Source: Chthoniobacteraceae bacterium (GTDB lineage: Bacteria; Verrucomicrobiota; Verrucomicrobiia; Chthoniobacterales; Chthoniobacteraceae). Taken from it: DNA of 64,000 nucleotides. Below the pieces are notes generated by a model. It was not told the DNA's origin and searched no databases. It was given only the letters and a program-made list of their open reading frames with translations. Numbering within the stretch: the stretch's first letter is position 1; every line of letters starts with the position of its first letter. Positions 37,999 to 47,582 of the stretch are shown in pieces. The translations under genes were made by a program, and so were the position numbers. The DNA lies in NCBI GenBank assembly GCA_031409655.1, contig JANNXQ010000170.1, positions 1-64,000 on the forward strand, in the 5' to 3' direction.

Positions 37999-39084
37999 CT
38001 AATGCGCAGCGTGAGCCGGTGACGCAGCACTATCGGAAGTATCCGGTCGAAGCTTTCGGGCGATCGAAATGAGCTTCTTCGCGAATTCCTCGCTGGAGAA
38101 GCTCTCGACCCAAGCGGGCGCCTGGCGGCCGATGTGCGCGAACAGCGCGGGATTGTCCAAGTAGGCGCGAATCTTCTGCCGCAAATCCTCCACATCACCC
38201 GCTGCGTAACCGAGCGCGGATACACCCTCTTCAAAGTAATCGATCATCCCACCGACGCGCGTTGCGATGACCGGCTTTCCGAGCACCATGTTCTCGAGGA
38301 CGACGGTGTGCCCAGAGCCATAGGGGGTTTCAGCGAGCGGATTGATGGTCAACTTCGCCTCTTGATACATCTGCTTGAGCCGCGTGATCGGGACCGCTTG
38401 CAAAACCTCTACCGGCATGCCGGGTTCCCGATGTTTCTCGACGATCGCCGCGTTGTAGGGGTCGGTGACGATAATTAGCTTCTCGTCCTTTGGGAAAGCT
38501 TTCATCAAAGTGGGAAAGTCTTTTGCCTCGTTGGTGCCGACGGCGAGGCAGTAGTCGCCTTGCTTAATTTCGGCATCCGGTTTGAAGAACTCCATGTCGA
38601 CGAGCATGTGCATGAGATGCTGACGATCTTCACGCAGGCCGAACGTCCTCCAGACACTGGCGAGTTCCATCTTAGTCTGCGAGACCATCGCTTCGGCTGC
38701 AGGCAGCACCCAGTTCCACATTCTTTTCCGCATTCCGGAGAGATTGCGCGGATGCATGAGTGCGGTATTGAAGACAATCACGGGAGTTCGGAGGATGCCT
38801 AGTCGCTTCAAGACGAGGGGAGGGAGAGCCGCTGCCTCATTGACGGCGAAGATCGCGTCCACATTCCGCTGCCGCCAGACCGCCGCCAACGCCTGATAGA
38901 TCCGCCAATAGATAGGCTTAGAAAGAAAGCTTCGAAAGAAGCCTGGTCGCTGGATGATCGTCGGCTCGTGACCGGACTTCTTCAGCTCCGCAATCCCGAA
39001 GAGGCGGTGGGATGGCACAGCGCCGCGGGCGTAGTCCGCGACTTCCTTGGACCAATCCACAACAAATAGGAATAATATGCGCAT
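37999..39084 (-). CDS. GT4 glycosyltransferase
   Basis: KDFPTL, SGHTVVLENMVLGKPVIATRVGG. Confidence 0.88.
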   Translation of the reverse strand: MRILFLFVVDWSKEVADYARGAVPSHRLFGIAELKKSGHEPTIIQRPGFFRSFLSKPIYWRIYQALAAVWRQRNVDAIFAVNEAAALPPLVLKRLGILRTPVIVFNTALMHPRNLSGMRKRMWNWVLPAAEAMVSQTKMELASVWRTFGLREDRQHLMHMLVDMEFFKPDAEIKQGDYCLAVGTNEAKDFPTLMKAFPKDEKLIIVTDPYNAAIVEKHREPGMPVEVLQAVPITRLKQMYQEAKLTINPLAETPYGSGHTVVLENMVLGKPVIATRVGGMIDYFEEGVSALGYAAGDVEDLRQKIRAYLDNPALFAHIGRQAPAWVESFSSEEFAKKLISIARKLRPDTSDSAASPAHAAH

Positions 39085-39274
39085 GAGTGACGGAGACGCT
39101 TAAAAGACAGTAGAGATGTCGAAAGGCTTCGTTCTGGCGGGAACGGACACATTCCAGGAGGCCTGAGTGCGACCAAGTCTGGAAGGATTTAGAGCCGCCA
39201 TAAGTTCGTGAAGCGCGAGCATGCGGTGAAACATCGAAAAGAGGGCCGTCGCGGACCCCAGTTTCTCAAGCGCC

Positions 39275-40468
39275 TTAAACATAGGCGCCGCTGGCGTTTG
39301 TGGTGGAGATGTGGGGGAGTCTGCCCGACTTTCCGGTGACGGCGGATGAATAAATCGAATAAAAGGCTTGGGCAATCTTGGGCCAAGTGAACTCGAGGGC
39401 GCGGCGTCGTCCGTTGTTCGCCAAACGTTCGCGCAAGGGTGCGTCAGTGGTCAATTGACGCAGTGCTGTCGCGAGGGCGGCGACTTCTTCAGGTGGAACG
39501 AGAATCCCAGTTTCGCCGTCGAGGACCACTTCAGGGACGCCGCCGACTCGCGAGGCGATGATGGCCTTGCCTGCAGCCATGGCTTCGAGGTTCACGATGC
39601 CAAATGGCTCCATGCGCGACGGAAGCACGAAGAAGGAGCAACCTTTGAAGAGAGCCACCGTCTTTGACCGATCGGTACGCCCGAGGAAATGCACGCGGTC
39701 CTTCATTCCGACGAATTCGGCGAGTTGGCAAAGGGCGGCGTGTTCTGGGCCTTCGCCCGCGAAGAGTAAGTCGTGAGACTGAAGGTCTGCTTCCGCAAAA
39801 GCCCGGATAAGAACATCGAAGCCTTTCTGTTTAACCATTCGGCCGATCGCGAAGACGTAAGGTCGGGGGTGCGAGTAAGGAGCGCTGCACTCGAAGTCGT
39901 CCAGGCGGATGCCGTTGTACATGACCGATGATTTCGATCCGAAGGGTTGCCCCCACCATTGCTCAAGATCCGCGAGGGTGTCTCTGGAACAGGCAGTGAC
40001 GGCTGTTGATTGGGCAACAAGTTCGCGCAGAGTGCGGTTGAACGAAGGCAGGCGGTCGTAGATGCCCTGTGCATCCATGGTTCGTTCCCCTTGGACGGAA
40101 AGCACGAGGGGCAGGCCAAGCGCTTTCTTCGCGGCGAGTGCGTAGTAGCCATTGCTGCTCGCGCACTGTACATGGATAACTTCGGAACGGTGGCGTCGAA
40201 GGATGCGGAGCATCTGCCAGCGGGTGAAGGGATAGGTGAGGGCGTGGACCAAGCGAACTCGCAGATTCCAGTCGGGCATCCGCATGGCCAAGCGATAGAC
40301 AGGGATGCCTTCGTAGAGTTCATAACCGGGGAGTGAGCGCGGCCAACGATTTGTGAGAATGATGGGAGCGATGCCTTGCTGCACATACTCGTGACAGAGT
40401 TGCCGAACGAGTTCTTCGACGCCGCCAGTGTGCGGATAGAAGGCGCTTGCGAAGATCGCTACGTTCAT
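39275..40468 (-). CDS. GT4 glycosyltransferase
   Basis: FYPHTGGVE, GRMVKQKGFD, EPFGIVNLEAMAAG. Confidence 0.92.
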   Translation of the reverse strand: MNVAIFASAFYPHTGGVEELVRQLCHEYVQQGIAPIILTNRWPRSLPGYELYEGIPVYRLAMRMPDWNLRVRLVHALTYPFTRWQMLRILRRHRSEVIHVQCASSNGYYALAAKKALGLPLVLSVQGERTMDAQGIYDRLPSFNRTLRELVAQSTAVTACSRDTLADLEQWWGQPFGSKSSVMYNGIRLDDFECSAPYSHPRPYVFAIGRMVKQKGFDVLIRAFAEADLQSHDLLFAGEGPEHAALCQLAEFVGMKDRVHFLGRTDRSKTVALFKGCSFFVLPSRMEPFGIVNLEAMAAGKAIIASRVGGVPEVVLDGETGILVPPEEVAALATALRQLTTDAPLRERLANNGRRRALEFTWPKIAQAFYSIYSSAVTGKSGRLPHISTTNASGAYV

Positions 40469-40505
40469 GGATAGAGCCAGGCCAAGGGCCGACGAAGACG
40501 GCTGG

Positions 40506-41549
40506 TCACGCGATGTGCGGAGCGGCCGTGCTCGGGGCTTCCGAGGCATAGAGCGCTTCGTAGTCGTCGCACACCCGGTCCCAGGCGAAATCGCGAGCGC
40601 GAAGAAGTCCGGCGCGACGCATCCGGTCGCGGAGGACACTATCGGTCAAGACGCGGACGATGGTGGGGGCGAGATCTTCGTCTGCGCAGAGGATGCCGGC
40701 CCGGCCGTCATCGGTCACTTCGCACGCGCCGACATTGGGCGTCGCGACCACCGCAGTGCCAGAGGCCATCGCTTCAATATACGGCACGCCGAAGCCTTCG
40801 TAGCTGCTGGGGAGACAAAAGACCCAGGCGCGCTGATAGAGATCGGTCAGCTTTTCAAGAGCGACACGGCCGAACCACCGCACGCCTACGCCGCTGACTT
40901 CTTCTTCGCAGACAGCCCAAAACTCCGCGTTGGGAACTCGCGGCCGGATCTCATTCTTAAAAAGATCGAGTAACATTGCTCCCCGTTTCCGGCCGTGCAT
41001 CGTGCCAACAAAGAGGAGGGCGGGATTGGTGGATTTTTCTTCACCCGGACGGAAAACATCGAGGTCCACGCCATTGGGAATAACAAGTTTTGCGAAGGGA
41101 TTGTAGCGGCGGGTATTTGCGGAGACTGCGACGACTTCATCGGCAAGGAAGCAGGCCGAAAACTCTCCGATCGCCAGCGCCGCCATGCGAAGTCGCGACT
41201 TGAAGCCCGTGGCGTGGAGCATCTCGGCCAGGCACGAACCGTGGAGGGTGTGAACGTGGCGGGGTAACTTGCATCCCCAGAGGAACCAATCGTCACCGTG
41301 AGCGTGGAGGAGGTCGAACTTTGAAAAATCATAACGCCGCAAAGCCCAGGCGAATCCAAAGGTGCGCAAACGACGCCCCGAAGGCACGACGACCACCTCA
41401 TACTGAGCGTCAGCAGGGGCTGCGGTCTGGCTGAAGACCGTGACGCGATGTCCGCGTGCGACCAGCTTATTGGCAAAGGCATCGACGACGTATCCGACGC
41501 CGATTTTGCTGCCTGTCGGCAGATACAAGGAGGTGATTGCGATATTCAA
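40506..41549 (-). CDS. GT4 glycosyltransferase (PimA-like)
   Basis: TTG start (TTGA overlap), IPNGVD, EGFGVPYIEAMASG. Confidence 0.9.
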   Translation of the reverse strand: MNIAITSLYLPTGSKIGVGYVVDAFANKLVARGHRVTVFSQTAAPADAQYEVVVVPSGRRLRTFGFAWALRRYDFSKFDLLHAHGDDWFLWGCKLPRHVHTLHGSCLAEMLHATGFKSRLRMAALAIGEFSACFLADEVVAVSANTRRYNPFAKLVIPNGVDLDVFRPGEEKSTNPALLFVGTMHGRKRGAMLLDLFKNEIRPRVPNAEFWAVCEEEVSGVGVRWFGRVALEKLTDLYQRAWVFCLPSSYEGFGVPYIEAMASGTAVVATPNVGACEVTDDGRAGILCADEDLAPTIVRVLTDSVLRDRMRRAGLLRARDFAWDRVCDDYEALYASEAPSTAAPHIA

Positions 41550-42691
41550 GATAGGATTCTTTCGAGTTTCTCCGCACATGCAGACCATGGCGAACGGCGG
41601 GCGCGGGCAACACACTTCTGCTTCTCGCGCTTTAAGAGTTGGGAATCAGTGGCGAGGGAACGAAGCGCAGTGACCACGCTTTCCAAGTCATCCGGATTCA
41701 CCGCAAGGCCTGCTCCGCCGCAGGCTTCTGGAAGTCCGCCGCGGGTGGAGGCGATGACGACGCATCCGCTGGCCATGGCTTCGAGCGAGACGAGCGAGAA
41801 CGGTTCATTGGACCGGGAGAGCACGGCGACGACATCGTGCTGGCGGCAAAGTTCCGGCACAGCGGCACGCTCGACGTGGCCGAGGTAACGTGCCCCGGCC
41901 TTATCCATCTTCGCCTTTAACTCGCGGAAGTAGGGGTTCTCCATCTCTTTCCCGTGTCCGTAAAACCAGAGGCCACCAGCGACGGTGAGGGAGACGCGCA
42001 AGCCCTCCTCACGAAGGGCAGCGACCGCATCAGCGATGATGTCGGGGCCTTTGTTTGGGTCAATACGACCCAGGAAAAGCACGCGGAGTTCGTCCCGGGG
42101 TTCGAGGAAGTCAGCGCGCGGATGGAATTCGCTCGCGTCCACTCCGTTGTGCGCAGTGGTGATTGATTCTGCGGGAATTCGGTGCGCCTTTGCCGTCCAT
42201 TCCCGGATGTAGTCACTGCACGTCACAAAGGCATCCGTATGGGCGACCGTTTCGGAGATGCAATGGCGGGTGCGCCATTCATTGTGCAGCCAGACGACCA
42301 CCTTCGTGTTCGGTAGGGTGCGCTTGACGCATTTGGAAGAGGCGAGATCGTTAAAAAGCACGACGGCATCTGGGGGAACCACAAATCGCGCCAGCGCCTC
42401 GGTAAAGGAGCGGAGGTAATAGCCAAAGTAGGGCCAATCCCAATCCCTCCACTTGCTCATCGCGGCAGACCAGCGCCGCTGGAGGAAGTGCAGATCATTG
42501 CGATCCTTGCCTTCAATGGGGACAACTTCGCCGACTTGGTAGCGTTCGTCGGCGTTGATTCTGGTGAGGACGGTGACTTGGTGGCCCCGGCTGAGGAGTT
42601 CCCTGGCGGTCTGCATGATCACGGTGGCGATCGCTCCACCGGAGACGGGAGAGTAAAATTCGATCGGCATATTCACGAAACAGATGTGCAT
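41546..42691 (-). CDS. GT4 glycosyltransferase
   Basis: FYSPVSGGAIA, GRIDPNKG, EPFSLVSLEAMASG. Confidence 0.92.
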   Translation of the reverse strand: MHICFVNMPIEFYSPVSGGAIATVIMQTARELLSRGHQVTVLTRINADERYQVGEVVPIEGKDRNDLHFLQRRWSAAMSKWRDWDWPYFGYYLRSFTEALARFVVPPDAVVLFNDLASSKCVKRTLPNTKVVVWLHNEWRTRHCISETVAHTDAFVTCSDYIREWTAKAHRIPAESITTAHNGVDASEFHPRADFLEPRDELRVLFLGRIDPNKGPDIIADAVAALREEGLRVSLTVAGGLWFYGHGKEMENPYFRELKAKMDKAGARYLGHVERAAVPELCRQHDVVAVLSRSNEPFSLVSLEAMASGCVVIASTRGGLPEACGGAGLAVNPDDLESVVTALRSLATDSQLLKREKQKCVARARRSPWSACAEKLERILS

Positions 42692-42700
42692 CAGTCGGCG

Positions 42701-44263
42701 TTAGGACGCTTCGGGAAGTGGGCAGGGAGAACCAGTTTCAGGAAGGAACGCCGGTTGGGTGCGCAGGACTTGTTGGCTGGCCCAAAGCGCGGTCAAGGCG
42801 AAGCCCGAGGTGAGGAGCAGACCCGCGGCGAGTCCGGCTTTGGACAAACGCATAATGCGGAAAGTCCAGAGATCGGGAAAGGCGACGATCGAATGGAGCA
42901 TCGGATCTTGATACCAACTCGGCGGCGCGGGAAGGGGGCGGCCCTGGAGGCCATCGACGAAGCCATGCCAGAGCGCGATCTGCTGACGCGGCGTGGAGGC
43001 CCACTGGTAGCGGATTTGTTCCGGCCAGGGACTGGAAGAGTTGGCCAGGGTGGCTTCGTGCCAATTGACCAATGCAGGAGGGAGACTGGTGAGGAAGGAC
43101 AAGGCCCCGAAGCAGAGGACGAGGCGGCGGTGACGTTGCCAGATCGGAGCGAGGATGAGTGTGAGGAGGAGGAAAAACATCGGCAGGACCGGCACGACGT
43201 AACGCGATCCCCAGCCGACGACGCCGTGCCAGTTCACGGAACACGAGACCGGCGTCAGATAGACGATCGAAGTCACTCCCCAAATCAGGCACAACTGCCC
43301 GTGACGGGCTGGCAGGCGCTTCCAGATGAAAGGGAGAAGGGCGAGCAGGAGAAACTGCGGGGAGTAAAAGAGGAGGCCCCAATTTGGTGAAAGCAGCATG
43401 CCGTAGAGGCCATCCGCGGGGCTTCCGGTGAGGGCGTTCATGCCTTGCAGATACTTGGCGTGGACGGTGCCCGGACGGAAAGGGCTGCCCATGCGCGCGT
43501 AGTTGTAGAGAAAGGTGGGTGCCATGAGCACCGCAAAGACCACCGAGGCGATGGCGAAGCCCTTCAGGGAAACATCCTTTCGGCGGAGAAAAAGGATGAT
43601 CACGAGGGCAGGTCCGAGGAAAGGCAGGAGCGAGTAGCGGAAGGAGCCCGCCACCGCGAGGGCCGCAAAAGCGAAGACCAAGTCGCGCGCGCGAACCCGC
43701 TCTGACAAAAAGATCCGGGTCGAAGCGTAGAGTAACATGCAGGCGCCGGCGGCGCCGCCGAGCACGTCGAAAGCACAGCGCGAGAAGGCCCAGAAAGGAG
43801 TGGTGGTCACGAAGGCGAGGCTGAGCAGAAAGGCTGTGCGCGAATTGTGGAAGAGGCCAAAGGTGAGGAAGAGAAAGTAAGCTCCGACTGCGGCGACGAT
43901 GGCGTAAGTGAGCGAGGCCCCCGCTTTCACGATGAAGGGGGGACGCTGCAGCCATTCTTCGACGGAGGTCTTGCGGATCATCGATCCGGCGAAGGTCGAA
44001 GGGAGCATCAGGAGCACGGCGCCGATGTCGTGGGATTCAAAGTAACGTCCGTCCGGTATTTGGACCCAGTTATAACCATCGCCGGGAGGCGCGGCTGCGC
44101 TCGCCAGGGAGTGAGTGCCAGCGAGGAGCATGGAGGCCCGGAGCTGATCGTTCGGGTCGCCGCCGGAGAGCCGTCCACTGGAGAAGAGCAGGAAAAAGCA
44201 GGCGTAAAAGAGCGCGACCATCGAGCGCTCAAACCGGGTGCGATTTGCGCCGGCGGGTTTCAT
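42701..44263 (-). CDS. Polytopic membrane protein, GT-C-like
   Basis: About 11-12 hydrophobic segments, acidic loop after TM1 (GGDPND), LLSPNWGLLFYSP, WGSRYVVPVLP. ATGA overlap at the start. Confidence 0.7.
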   Translation of the reverse strand: MKPAGANRTRFERSMVALFYACFFLLFSSGRLSGGDPNDQLRASMLLAGTHSLASAAAPPGDGYNWVQIPDGRYFESHDIGAVLLMLPSTFAGSMIRKTSVEEWLQRPPFIVKAGASLTYAIVAAVGAYFLFLTFGLFHNSRTAFLLSLAFVTTTPFWAFSRCAFDVLGGAAGACMLLYASTRIFLSERVRARDLVFAFAALAVAGSFRYSLLPFLGPALVIILFLRRKDVSLKGFAIASVVFAVLMAPTFLYNYARMGSPFRPGTVHAKYLQGMNALTGSPADGLYGMLLSPNWGLLFYSPQFLLLALLPFIWKRLPARHGQLCLIWGVTSIVYLTPVSCSVNWHGVVGWGSRYVVPVLPMFFLLLTLILAPIWQRHRRLVLCFGALSFLTSLPPALVNWHEATLANSSSPWPEQIRYQWASTPRQQIALWHGFVDGLQGRPLPAPPSWYQDPMLHSIVAFPDLWTFRIMRLSKAGLAAGLLLTSGFALTALWASQQVLRTQPAFLPETGSPCPLPEAS

Positions 44264-44919
44264 TTCTTCAGGACGAGGGTGAAGTGCGGATACCACCACA
44301 TGCGCCGATGAGATTCGCTGACCACGCGGAAGCCGGTGGCGTGGGCCATTTCACGGAGCCGAGGCGCGGGGAGTTCGCAGCCAATCTCGCCAGCGAGGAG
44401 GAGGTCGTGGAGCTTGTTGCAAAGCGCCAGGGGGCTGGCGCCGTCGATGTCTTTCAAGATGAGTTGCGCGCCGACTTTCATGCTGGCGTGGAGGGCAGAG
44501 AGGAACGGGGCTTGAACGAGGGGTGGGATGTGATGGAGCACGTCCACGAGGAAGATTTTGTCGGCGGTCTGGAGGGTCTCCGGGAAGGTCGAGCCATCAT
44601 AGGTCGCGAACTCATGCGGCACTTTCAGATCGGCATTTTTGAAAAGCTGATGGGCGTTCTTGACCAACTGCTCACTGATCTCGATGCCGCCGATCCAGGA
44701 CGGGCGCGTGTAGCGGGCGAGCAGGAGACAAAATTGACCCGAGCCGGAGCCGACATCGAAGACCCGGTCGCCTGCCTTGACCAAACCCAAGAGATCGCCG
44801 AACGGACAGATGTAAGGTCGATAAGTGATCTTTGCGCGACCGAGGAATCCGGCTTCGCTCGGGACGCTCTTGAGGAACTCAACGAGTCCGTTGGCAGTGA
44901 GGCTTTCCACGTTGAACAC
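44260..44919 (-). CDS. Class I SAM methyltransferase
   Basis: VFDVGSGSG, VDVLHHIP, LILKDID. Confidence 0.9.
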   Translation of the reverse strand: MFNVESLTANGLVEFLKSVPSEAGFLGRAKITYRPYICPFGDLLGLVKAGDRVFDVGSGSGQFCLLLARYTRPSWIGGIEISEQLVKNAHQLFKNADLKVPHEFATYDGSTFPETLQTADKIFLVDVLHHIPPLVQAPFLSALHASMKVGAQLILKDIDGASPLALCNKLHDLLLAGEIGCELPAPRLREMAHATGFRVVSESHRRMWWYPHFTLVLKK

Positions 44920-44922
44920 GCT

Positions 44923-46392
44923 TTAGATGGAGGCGGCGACGACGATCAAGGTGGCGACACCGACGATGAGGCTGACGCGATCGCTGGTGGCGAAGATCAC
45001 GGGATCATCGAGTAAAGTGCGGCGCCGGGCGAGGAACCACATGCGCGTGATCCAGTAGAGGAAGAGCGGACAAAGCGTCCAGAGGAACATGGGATGGCGG
45101 TAGATGCCGACGACCGCGGTGCTATTCAGGTAAAGGCAGAGCACCATGACGGCGAGGTAGCCGCTGGTGGGGCCGACGGTTTCGATGAGGCCGATGTCTT
45201 CGGTGAGATAACCGCGGCCGGTGGCCTGGCGGTGATTGCGATCCGAGACCATGAGTAACTCGGCGTAACGCTTGAGGTAAGCTAGGCTGAGGAAGAAGAA
45301 GAGTGCGAAGGCGAGGAGCCACGGTGAGATTTCGACATTCGTCGCAGCGCCGCCAGCGATGATGCGCAAGGTGTAAAGTCCCGCGAGAACGAACACATCC
45401 TGTAACAGGCGACGTTTGACAAAAAACGAGTAGGCAGAGGAGAGCAGGAAATACAGGCCGAGCAGGAGCGTGAAGCGGACGGGCAGCAAAAGGGCCGAGG
45501 CCGCGAAGGCCCCGCCGAGCAAGGCAATGGCCAGGACGATGCCGACAGGGATGGAGACATGGCCGGCGGCGAAAGGGCGGTGGCGTTTGCGGGGGTGTTG
45601 GCGATCGGCCTCGAGATCGAGGAGGTCATTGACGATATAGACGGACGAGGCGCAGGCGCTGAAGCAGGCGATGGCGAGGAGGGCCTGGAGGACCAGCGCG
45701 GCGTCGCCGAACTTGTGGGCGGCGAAGACGGGGACGAGGAGCAGGATGTTTTTCACCCACTGCTGCGGGCGGAGGGCTTTGAGCATCCCGCCCGCACCGC
45801 TGTTTTCCTTTTCAAAGACGCGGCGCGGTTGGCAGACGTGCTCGGCCTGGCGGATGAGCGCGGAATCCTGGGAGACGACGTAGGCATCTTCCGCTTTCGC
45901 CCAGACTGGCAGATCGACGCTCGAGTCGCCGACGTAGCCGAAGGGTTCGCCTGCGCAGGACTCGACGATGGCTTCGAGTTTCCGTTGGCCGGCGAGGTTG
46001 CGTTCTCCGTCGCTGGCCAGCGTTTCGTCGAAGATGCCGAGATGGTCGGCGACGCTCGCGGCGACGCGTTCGTCGGCAGCGGTCGCGAGGATGAGGCGCC
46101 GGCCGTCGCGCTTTTCGGAGCGGAGGAAGGCGAGCACTTCCTCCCGATACGGGAGGGTCGCGGGATCAGGCAGGCAGCGCGCGGCGAGCTGGCGTTTGAG
46201 ATTGGGCCGGCCACCGAGCAGCCAGACCGGGATGCGCCAGGCTTCGAGCGGATGTCTCGAGGTGAAGAGCATGGCGGTCTCCCAGAGGAGATCCGTGGCG
46301 ACGAGAGTGCCGTCCATGTCCACGAAGAGCGGGCCTTTGGCGCGCGGCTCGGTCGGTAAAGGGGCCACGACGGCCTGGTCTTCGCGGTTCAT
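44923..46392 (-). CDS. HAD phosphatase-like + UbiA-family fusion (polyprenyl-phosphate phosphoribosyltransferase-like)
   Basis: VDMDGTL, ILATAA, YVGDS (HAD); ALRPQQWVKNILL, YIVNDLLDLEADRQHPRKRHRPFAAG, KRYAEL, DDPVIFA (UbiA/DPPR synthase-like). Confidence 0.9.
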   Translation of the reverse strand: MNREDQAVVAPLPTEPRAKGPLFVDMDGTLVATDLLWETAMLFTSRHPLEAWRIPVWLLGGRPNLKRQLAARCLPDPATLPYREEVLAFLRSEKRDGRRLILATAADERVAASVADHLGIFDETLASDGERNLAGQRKLEAIVESCAGEPFGYVGDSSVDLPVWAKAEDAYVVSQDSALIRQAEHVCQPRRVFEKENSGAGGMLKALRPQQWVKNILLLVPVFAAHKFGDAALVLQALLAIACFSACASSVYIVNDLLDLEADRQHPRKRHRPFAAGHVSIPVGIVLAIALLGGAFAASALLLPVRFTLLLGLYFLLSSAYSFFVKRRLLQDVFVLAGLYTLRIIAGGAATNVEISPWLLAFALFFFLSLAYLKRYAELLMVSDRNHRQATGRGYLTEDIGLIETVGPTSGYLAVMVLCLYLNSTAVVGIYRHPMFLWTLCPLFLYWITRMWFLARRRTLLDDPVIFATSDRVSLIVGVATLIVVAASI

Positions 46393-47582
46393 TGGAGGAC
46401 CGTTTGTTTCTCGCTGCGCGCGGCCTTTGGCTCGCTCGTGAGGCGGCTCACGCGGGCCCACGTTTCGTCCCAGGTGAACTTTTCCGCACGCGCGCGGGCG
46501 AGCCGACCGTAGTCGGCACGGAGCCCGGGATCGGCGAGGAGGCGGGCGAGATGGGCGGTGAGGCCGTCCACGTCGTCGCGTTCAAAGAGCAGGCCGGAGT
46601 CGCCGACGACTTCGGCGGTGCCGCCGGTGCGTGAGGCGACGAGCGCGAGTCCGGTCGCCATGCCTTCGACGGTCGTGAGGCCGAAGGGTTCGTCCCAGCG
46701 CGAAGGCACCACGTGGATCTGCGCTTTGCGCAGTTCACCGGGCAGGTCCGGGCGGGCGATCACTCCGGGGCGGCGGACGGTGATGCCGAGGGCGGCGAGT
46801 TGCGCGGAGAGATCGTCGAGCGCGCGTTGATAGTCGTCCGGTTCGGAGCCCCAGTAGAAGCGCGCACCGAGGATTTGCACGCTGAAGTCCTTGGTCGTCG
46901 CCGCGAGTTTGAGCGCAGCTTTTAGGATGAGATCGGGAGCTTTCGTTGCGTCGGTGCGGCCGACGAAATTGATCACGGGCGGACCCGGCGGCGGCTGTGC
47001 GGCGGGGGCGAAGCTCTCGATGTCCACGCCGTTGTAAATTGTCTCCACGCTTCCCGAGCGCATGCCGAAGTAGCCTTCCTGCCAGCGGCTCGTGAAGTCG
47101 CTCACACCAGCCGCGACGGACACGGCTTGCGGATAATCCTGGCGGCATTTTTCGCCGCAGGTGTTGGTGTTGTGGAAGAGGTGGACGATCCGGGCTTGCG
47201 GGAAACAGCGGCGCAGATGTACGGCCATTTCGGGATCATTGTGCAGGACGAAGGGCATCTCGGTGAGGCCGTTCTTGCGGATGGCGCTGATGACTCGCCG
47301 GGCGTAGGCGCCCTGGCGGACGTGACCCCAGTGGCCGAGTTTCCGCTGGATTTCAAAAAGCCGCCCGAGGCCAGTGCCGCGGATCTGCGGGATCCACGGA
47401 TAATCGAGCAGGATGGTGCGCTGCCACGGATGCGGTTCGGCATTCGTCGTCCGGGAAATGACCCACGGCTCGACGCCCTGCCTTTGGGCTGCCCGACAGA
47501 CCTCCCAATTCCAAGTGCTGATCGCCCCGCTGCGCGTCGGCGTGAAAGTCTCGCCGGTGCAATTGATGAAGACGACGCTCAT
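46389..47582 (-). CDS. GT4 glycosyltransferase (tandem paralogue B)
   Basis: MSVVFINCTGETFTPTRSGAI, VPSRWDEPFGLTTVEGMATG. Confidence 0.92.
   Translation of the reverse strand: MSVVFINCTGETFTPTRSGAISTWNWEVCRAAQRQGVEPWVISRTTNAEPHPWQRTILLDYPWIPQIRGTGLGRLFEIQRKLGHWGHVRQGAYARRVISAIRKNGLTEMPFVLHNDPEMAVHLRRCFPQARIVHLFHNTNTCGEKCRQDYPQAVSVAAGVSDFTSRWQEGYFGMRSGSVETIYNGVDIESFAPAAQPPPGPPVINFVGRTDATKAPDLILKAALKLAATTKDFSVQILGARFYWGSEPDDYQRALDDLSAQLAALGITVRRPGVIARPDLPGELRKAQIHVVPSRWDEPFGLTTVEGMATGLALVASRTGGTAEVVGDSGLLFERDDVDGLTAHLARLLADPGLRADYGRLARARAEKFTWDETWARVSRLTSEPKAARSEKQTVLQ

Noticed and set aside
39100..39375. Small ORF between two GT4 genes
   Set aside because: No recognisable motif; could be a remnant, but this cannot be supported.
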